Origin: a virus
Length of the DNA: 64,000 nt
Virus record (IMG/VR): IMGVR_UViG_3300043438_000246
Location: 4,051-68,050 of that record
Strand: one strand, 5' to 3'
The position numbers and the translations under genes were made by a program. Shown here piece by piece: positions 58,254 through 64,000 of this stretch (its first letter is position 1; each line of letters opens with the position of its first letter). The notes below the pieces were generated by a model. It saw only the letters and a program-made list of their open reading frames with translations. It searched no databases and was not told the origin of the DNA.

Positions 58254-61200
58254 ATGAATTATGTAGGTTTGCACGTCCATACACACTACTCCTTAATGGA
58301 TGGTGTTGCTACTCCAGAAGAATACGTTAACCGAGCAGTTGAACTTGGTATGCCAGCATTGGCTATCACAGATCATGGTTCTTTATCTGGGCATAGGGAA
58401 CTGCACCGTATTGCAAAAGCAAAGGGCATCAAACCAATTCTTGGCGTAGAAGGCTATATGACAAGGGATATGAATGACAAGAGAGCAAAGGCAGAACGTA
58501 CTGATCCTCTTGATTTGAATTATCATCATATAGTTCTTCTCGCTAAGAATCAAACAGGTCTAGAAAACTTAAACAAGATTAATGAAATTGCTTGGACAGA
58601 AGGATTTTTTAGTAAGCCAAGATTTGATTTTGATGTATTAAAAAAGTATAAAGAAGGACTTGTTGTTACATCTGGCTGCCTTAGTGGTTGGATTGCCAAG
58701 GCGGTAGAACTAGGTGAACTGGCAACTGCAAAGCGACATATGCAATGGTTTAAAGATGAGTTTGGTGATGACTATTATATTGAAGTAATGCCACACAACT
58801 CTGCTGAAATCAATAAAGGTATTATTGAACTTGCAGATGCTCTTAAGATTAAGATTGTTGTAACTCCAGACTGCCATCACTCTGATCCAAGTCAAAAAGA
58901 AATTCAAGAATTGATGCTTATTCTTAATACTCATGCTAAGTTGGAAAAAGATGCAACTTATGAGAAGTCTAAGAAAAAAGAAACATTTATGGATAGACTT
59001 GATTATTTATATGGCGCAGACCGTATGATGAGTTTTAATAAGTTTGATATACATTTGCTTTCATATGAAGAGATGAAGGCTGCCATGCTAAAGCAGGGCA
59101 TTGATCGTGAAGATATGTTTACATCTACTATAGAAATTGCCAACAAGGTAGAAGACTATGACATTAAAGAAGGACTAAATCTACTACCAGTGCAATATCC
59201 AAAGCCAGGTTTAGAGTTAAAGAAACTTGCTATGGAAGGACTTAAAGAACGTGGTCTTGAGGGTAAGCAAGACTATATTGATAGACTTGATGAAGAGTTA
59301 ACAATTATTAATGATAAAAACTTTGCACCTTACTTCTTAGTGGTTCGCAACATGCTTAACTGGGCAAAGAAAGAAGACATTATGGTTGGTCCAGGACGTG
59401 GATCATCTGCTGGTTCTTTGCTTTGCTACACACTTGGTATTACAGATATTGATCCACTTAAGCACGGACTTTTGTTCTTTCGATTTATTAATCCAGAACG
59501 TAATGACTTTCCTGATATTGATACAGATATTCAAGATTCAAGACGTGATGAAGTTAAAGACTATTTAGTTAGACAGTATAGACATGTTGCATCTATTGCT
59601 ACCTTCTTGCAATTTAAAGATAAAGGTGTTGTGCGAGATGTTGCTCGTGCACTTAACATTCCATTGCCAGATGTTAACAAGGTTCTTAAAACCGTAGATA
59701 CTTGGGATGACTACTGTGGTTCAAGAAATGCTGCTTGGTTTAGAGAAAAATATCCAGAAGTAGAACTATACGGAGACCAACTCCGTGGTCGTATTAGAGG
59801 AACTGGTATCCATGCTGCTGGTGTTGTTACTAGCAAGGATCCAATATTTAAGTATGCTCCACTAGAGACACGCTCCGTGACTGGAAGCGATACAAGAATT
59901 CCAGTTGTTGCTGTAGATATGGAAGAAGCAGAAAAGATTGGTCTAATTAAAATTGATGCACTTGGACTTAAAACTCTTAGTGTTCTCAAGGATACTTTAG
60001 ACATGATCCAAGAAAGAGATAAGAAAAAGATTAATCTACTAGAGATTGACATGGATGACAAGAATGTTTATCAGATGCTTTCTGATGGATATACAAAGGG
60101 TGTCTTCCAGTGTGAAGCAGCACCTTATACAAACCTTTTAATTAAAATGGGTGTAAAGAATTTATCAGAACTTGCTGCATCAAATGCTCTAGTTCGCCCA
60201 GGTGCTATGAACACAATTGGTAAAGACTACATTGCTCGTAAACATGGTCGTCAAAACATTGACTATACTCATAGTATCTTAAAAGAATTTACGGAGGATA
60301 CTTATGGCTGCATTCTTTACCAAGAACAAGTTATGCAAACATGCGTACAACTTGGCGGTATGTCCATGTCGGAAGCAGATAAAGTTAGAAAGATCATTGG
60401 AAAGAAGAAGGATGCTAAGGAATTTGACGAGTTCAAAGACAGGTTTATCAAAGGTGCTTCTGCCTATATTGCTCCCAATCAGGCTCTTGATTTATGGCAT
60501 GACTTTGAAGCACATGCGGGATACTCGTTCAACAAGTCTCATGCGGTTGCTTACTCTACGCTCTCGTATTGGACGGCGTGGCTAAAGTATCACTATCCTT
60601 TAGAGTTCATGTTTGCACTACTAAAGAATGAAAAAGATAAGGACACAAGAACTGAATATCTAATTGAGGCAAAAAGAATGGGAATAACAGTTAAGTTACC
60701 TCATATTAATGACTCAGACAAAGATTTTAAAATTGAGGGTAAGGGAATTAGATTTGGCTTATCAGCCATTAAGTTTATTTCTGATACTATTGCAGATAGA
60801 TACATACAGGGTAGACCATTTAAAACATTTAAAGAAGTAGAAGAATTTACTTTTACAAAAGGTCATGGTGTAAATAGCCGTGCACTAAACTCAATGAGGG
60901 CGGTAGGAGCATTAACATTTCCTGATAATCCTGCTAATCCAGATGAAGTAAAAGAAAACTTATATGAGTATCTAAATCTTCCTGAATTTAATACATCTAT
61001 TCCACAACACTATTACGCATATTTAAATGATGTAGAAGAGTATGAGGAAAAAGGAGCCTTCATTTTAATGGGTATGGTAAAATCAATTAAGAGAAGCAAA
61101 GGTTGGTCAAGGGTAGAGTTGTTAGATAAAACAGGATCTGTTGGTATTTTTGATGATGAAAATACAATGATTGAGGCTGGACGTACATACATTGTATTAG

Positions 61201-61529
61201 TTAATGATAATAGAATTGTTTCAGCAGTTCCAGCAGATGAAGTAAAAGAATCAAAGGATGCCTTAGTTAAATTCTTAAATTATAAAATGCTTCCATTTAA
61301 AGAAGGAGAGCATTTTGTAGTTTCATTTAAGCCAAGAATTACGAAGACTGGAAAGAAGATGGCATCTCTTACACTAGCAGATTCAGGCAGAGAACTACAT
61401 GCGATTACTGTATTCCCAACCTCATTTGCAAAAGCATACATGAGTATTGAAGCAGGAAATGTTTATAACTTTAAATTTGGTAAAACAAAAGATGGAACAG
61501 TGATTATGGAGGATGTATCAAATGTTTGA
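58254..61529 (+). CDS. dnaE: DNA polymerase III alpha subunit
   Basis: HVHTHYSLMDG, TDHG, GRGSSAGS, PDIDTD, HAAGVV, KIDALGL, YQEQ, YSFNKSH. Confidence 0.97.
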   Translation: MNYVGLHVHTHYSLMDGVATPEEYVNRAVELGMPALAITDHGSLSGHRELHRIAKAKGIKPILGVEGYMTRDMNDKRAKAERTDPLDLNYHHIVLLAKNQTGLENLNKINEIAWTEGFFSKPRFDFDVLKKYKEGLVVTSGCLSGWIAKAVELGELATAKRHMQWFKDEFGDDYYIEVMPHNSAEINKGIIELADALKIKIVVTPDCHHSDPSQKEIQELMLILNTHAKLEKDATYEKSKKKETFMDRLDYLYGADRMMSFNKFDIHLLSYEEMKAAMLKQGIDREDMFTSTIEIANKVEDYDIKEGLNLLPVQYPKPGLELKKLAMEGLKERGLEGKQDYIDRLDEELTIINDKNFAPYFLVVRNMLNWAKKEDIMVGPGRGSSAGSLLCYTLGITDIDPLKHGLLFFRFINPERNDFPDIDTDIQDSRRDEVKDYLVRQYRHVASIATFLQFKDKGVVRDVARALNIPLPDVNKVLKTVDTWDDYCGSRNAAWFREKYPEVELYGDQLRGRIRGTGIHAAGVVTSKDPIFKYAPLETRSVTGSDTRIPVVAVDMEEAEKIGLIKIDALGLKTLSVLKDTLDMIQERDKKKINLLEIDMDDKNVYQMLSDGYTKGVFQCEAAPYTNLLIKMGVKNLSELAASNALVRPGAMNTIGKDYIARKHGRQNIDYTHSILKEFTEDTYGCILYQEQVMQTCVQLGGMSMSEADKVRKIIGKKKDAKEFDEFKDRFIKGASAYIAPNQALDLWHDFEAHAGYSFNKSHAVAYSTLSYWTAWLKYHYPLEFMFALLKNEKDKDTRTEYLIEAKRMGITVKLPHINDSDKDFKIEGKGIRFGLSAIKFISDTIADRYIQGRPFKTFKEVEEFTFTKGHGVNSRALNSMRAVGALTFPDNPANPDEVKENLYEYLNLPEFNTSIPQHYYAYLNDVEEYEEKGAFILMGMVKSIKRSKGWSRVELLDKTGSVGIFDDENTMIEAGRTYIVLVNDNRIVSAVPADEVKESKDALVKFLNYKMLPFKEGEHFVVSFKPRITKTGKKMASLTLADSGRELHAITVFPTSFAKAYMSIEAGNVYNFKFGKTKDGTVIMEDVSNV

Positions 61530-61845
61530 TCAGTTAGCAGATGAATTACACAAAGACGCAATTAATAAAGGCTTTTGGCCACCAGAAGAAGAAGTTGATG
61601 ATATCTTTATTGCTAAGCAGTGCATGATGATTGTTTCAGAAGTAACTGAGGTTATGGAAGCAATTCGTAAAGATAAAGGTGAGGAAGAAATCACAAAAGA
61701 GTTTGCAGATATTCTTATTCGCACACTAGATCTTTATGCTGGAGTAGTAAATGCAGGGTACACAAAACTTTCACTAGATCATGCCCTTATAGAAAAGGTA
61801 GAGTTTAATAGAACTCGTCCAGAAAAGCATGGGGTAAGATTCTAA
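61522..61845 (+). CDS. MazG-like NTP pyrophosphohydrolase
   Basis: SEVTEVMEA.RK...EFADILIR.LD, K..FN..RP.KHG. Confidence 0.85.
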   Translation: MFDQLADELHKDAINKGFWPPEEEVDDIFIAKQCMMIVSEVTEVMEAIRKDKGEEEITKEFADILIRTLDLYAGVVNAGYTKLSLDHALIEKVEFNRTRPEKHGVRF

Positions 61846-62861
61846 TGGTAGTAACAATAGAAGATGTGCTAGCACAATTAAATCCAAAATTACGAAAGAC
61901 AGTAATGGCTGGAGACACAATTCCAGCAACGCAATATGCAGCAACACCTAGTTTTGGTTTAAACAAGGCTTTAAACGGAGGCCTACCATATGGCCGACAA
62001 GTGCTTATATGGGGCTCTAAGTCCTCTGCAAAGTCTTCTCTATGCCTTCAGATGATTGGCTTGGCACAAAAAGAAGGAAAGATTTGTGCTTGGATTGATG
62101 CTGAAATGTCATATGATAAAAAGTGGGCAGAAGGTCTTGGGGTAGATACATCAAAACTTATTGTTTCACAATGTAGAACAATTAATGAAATGGTAGACAT
62201 TGGTACTAGTCTAATGAACGCTGGTGTAGATATGGTAGTTGTTGATAGTATTACATCACTATTGCCAGCAATTTACTTTGAAAAGGATTCTGATGAACTT
62301 AAGCAACTTGAAAATACAAAACAAATTGGTGCCGAGTCTCGTGATTTTAGCAACGCATGGAAGATGATTAACTATGCTAATAATAAAGTTAAGCCAACTC
62401 TTTTTGTACTTATTAGTCAAAGCCGTAATAATATTAGCGCTATGTATACTAGCCAGCAGCCTACTGGTGGTCAGGCTACTAAGTTCTATTCTTCTACGGT
62501 TATTAAATTGTTTTCTTCAGAATCAGACAATCAAGCAATTAAGGGGAAGATTAATGTTGGTGACAAACTTATTGAAGAAAAGATTGGTCGCAAAGTTCGC
62601 TGGGAGTTACAGTTCTCTAAAACATCTCCTGGTTTTCAAAATGGCGAGTATGACTTTTATTTTAGAGGCGATAACATTGGCATTGATGCTATTGGTGATC
62701 TTGTTGATACAGCAGAACTAGCAGGTCTTGTAACAAGAACAGGCGCTTGGTATCAACTTGAAGATGGAACAAAAGTACAAGGCAGAGAAGGCTTTATTAA
62801 TAGAGTAAGAGAAGACCTTGACTTGCAAAAGTCATTAAAGGATAAACTATTAAATGGCTGA
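61845..62861 (+). CDS. recA: RecA/UvsX-family recombinase
   Basis: L.GGLP.GR, WIDAE, VVVDSI, ISQ.R, TGG.A.KFYSS, GAWY, QGRE. Confidence 0.92.
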   Translation: MVVTIEDVLAQLNPKLRKTVMAGDTIPATQYAATPSFGLNKALNGGLPYGRQVLIWGSKSSAKSSLCLQMIGLAQKEGKICAWIDAEMSYDKKWAEGLGVDTSKLIVSQCRTINEMVDIGTSLMNAGVDMVVVDSITSLLPAIYFEKDSDELKQLENTKQIGAESRDFSNAWKMINYANNKVKPTLFVLISQSRNNISAMYTSQQPTGGQATKFYSSTVIKLFSSESDNQAIKGKINVGDKLIEEKIGRKVRWELQFSKTSPGFQNGEYDFYFRGDNIGIDAIGDLVDTAELAGLVTRTGAWYQLEDGTKVQGREGFINRVREDLDLQKSLKDKLLNG

Positions 62862-63039
62862 AGAAAAGTTCTTTCACGTTCCAGGACAATTTATTTGTCA
62901 AAAGTGTAAAGAAAATGTTACAGCAGCAAGATTTTGGTATGAGACTGGCGATGTTACATGGATGTGTGTAACTAAACACATATCAAGAGTAGAACTTGTT
63001 GCTAAGAAAAAGAAGAAGAAAGATTTTGGAGATGAGTGA
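62854..63039 (+). CDS. Small Zn-ribbon protein with a basic tail
   Basis: CQKC...W.C..KH. Confidence 0.7.
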   Translation: MAEEKFFHVPGQFICQKCKENVTAARFWYETGDVTWMCVTKHISRVELVAKKKKKKDFGDE

Positions 63040-63334
63040 AAGAGGAGAAAGCAAAAGACTTGGCGCTAAACAGCACAAGAATTCTGGCAGAAACACTCAT
63101 AAAGGTGATGCTACTTGGAGAAACTTTACAGTTGACTTTAAGGAATATCCAAAAGGAATTACAGTAAACAAAGATATTTGGGCTAAAGCAGTTACAGATG
63201 CTATTAGAAATGGCAACGATCCAGCAATATTCATTGTTCTTGGCGAGGGCAATTCTAAGGTAAGGCTGGCAGTAATTGAGGTAGAGATGCTAGAGCAATT
63301 AACAGAAGGGTATGAAGATGACACAGCAAAATGA
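63032..63334 (+). CDS. PD-(D/E)xK nuclease, Holliday-junction-resolvase-like
   Basis: E...KR.G....NSG...KGD...DFKE. Confidence 0.7.
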   Translation: MSERGESKRLGAKQHKNSGRNTHKGDATWRNFTVDFKEYPKGITVNKDIWAKAVTDAIRNGNDPAIFIVLGEGNSKVRLAVIEVEMLEQLTEGYEDDTAK

Positions 63335-63635
63335 ATCAGGACAAACAACCATTGATATGGTTAATGGGTTGGCAGAAATTGCAGATTATATGCAAGATGA
63401 AGAGTTGACCGTTGCGCTAACAATGATTGCCAAACTCATCATTAAGCCAGACATCCCGCCACATGTGGCAAGTTTAGAAATAGTAAGACTGCAGGCAATT
63501 GCAGCAAAAATGTCATTCAAGGCCACTTGGTTAACGAATGTAGACAAAAGTGATAGAGCAAAGAAGAATATTTACTATACTGCAGCAGAAGCAATTAACG
63601 ATTTGGTCTCAGCGCTTAAGTACATAATGCGTTAA
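63312..63635 (+). CDS. Hypothetical helical protein
   Basis: ORF track. Confidence 0.7.
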   Translation: MKMTQQNESGQTTIDMVNGLAEIADYMQDEELTVALTMIAKLIIKPDIPPHVASLEIVRLQAIAAKMSFKATWLTNVDKSDRAKKNIYYTAAEAINDLVSALKYIMR

Positions 63636-63668
63636 CTGATATAATAGATGAAACAAGGGAAAATACTA

Positions 63669-64000
63669 ATGACGAAGAACTTACTAAAAGAGATTATGCT
63701 TAAGCCTACCGAAGAGAATGATTCATTTGAGACAGAGAAATTTGTTGAGACTATTCAAAATGGGTACCTTGCAGATCGTGGTACAAAGTTTCAAACAAAG
63801 AAAACATTTGGTCCATCTACCATTGCATATGGTCATGGAGAATGTCCTAGATATTGGTACCTAGCATTTTCTGGTGCCAACTTTGAAGACAATAATACTC
63901 CATATGATGTAGCAAATATGACTAATGGAATTATTTCACATGAGCGCATTCTTGGCAAAGCATTTGCTGGCTCTGGAATTCTTATTGACACAGAGTTTGA
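63669..64000 (+). CDS. Cas4-like/PD-(D/E)xK exonuclease, truncated by the window end
   Basis: F.PS......CPRYW, G...HERI; open to the end of the window. Confidence 0.7.
   Translation, partial: MTKNLLKEIMLKPTEENDSFETEKFVETIQNGYLADRGTKFQTKKTFGPSTIAYGHGECPRYWYLAFSGANFEDNNTPYDVANMTNGIISHERILGKAFAGSGILIDTEF

Noticed and set aside
63669-64000. Cas4-like gene as a sign of CRISPR-Cas
   Set aside because: No repeat-spacer array or other cas genes; stand-alone Cas4-like nucleases are common in phage recombination modules
1-64000. Stop-codon reassignment, introns or inteins in nrdJ, dnaB, dnaE and recA; prophage signatures
   Set aside because: Genes are full length in the standard code with all three stops used; no splicing motifs, integrase or host genes seen. 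The missing terminase probably lies outside the window.

Overview
64 kb of an AT-rich, tailed dsDNA phage genome. It is most likely a large long-tailed siphovirus of Actinobacteria, resembling freshwater actinophages; the host is inferred from promoter motifs and gene content, not proven. 1-2.9 kb: a divergently transcribed cluster of about 16 microprotein genes, most below the ORF-track cut-off. Their promoters carry motifs matching host regulators (PafBC-type TGTCAG-N10-TAnnnT, CRP, DnaA boxes, GACAC) and their leaders carry conserved hairpins. 2.9-4.8 kb: AT-rich repeat regions, a few small genes and a candidate sRNA. 4.8-23.4 kb: a very large modular fibre/adhesin region, interrupted by an antisense secreted lysozyme-like gene. 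23.6-25.6 kb: class II ribonucleotide reductase. 25.6-54.2 kb: portal, protease-scaffold, capsid, a stand-alone copy of the capsid N-arm, neck, tail tube, a duplicated rather than frameshifted tail chaperone pair, a 2482-aa tape measure and tail-tip genes. 54.2-64 kb: replication and recombination (DnaB, primase, SSB, DnaE, MazG-like, RecA, resolvase, Cas4-like nuclease). No tRNA, CRISPR array, integrase, terminase, tail sheath or reverse transcriptase was seen. All family calls are by-eye motif recognition with no database search.
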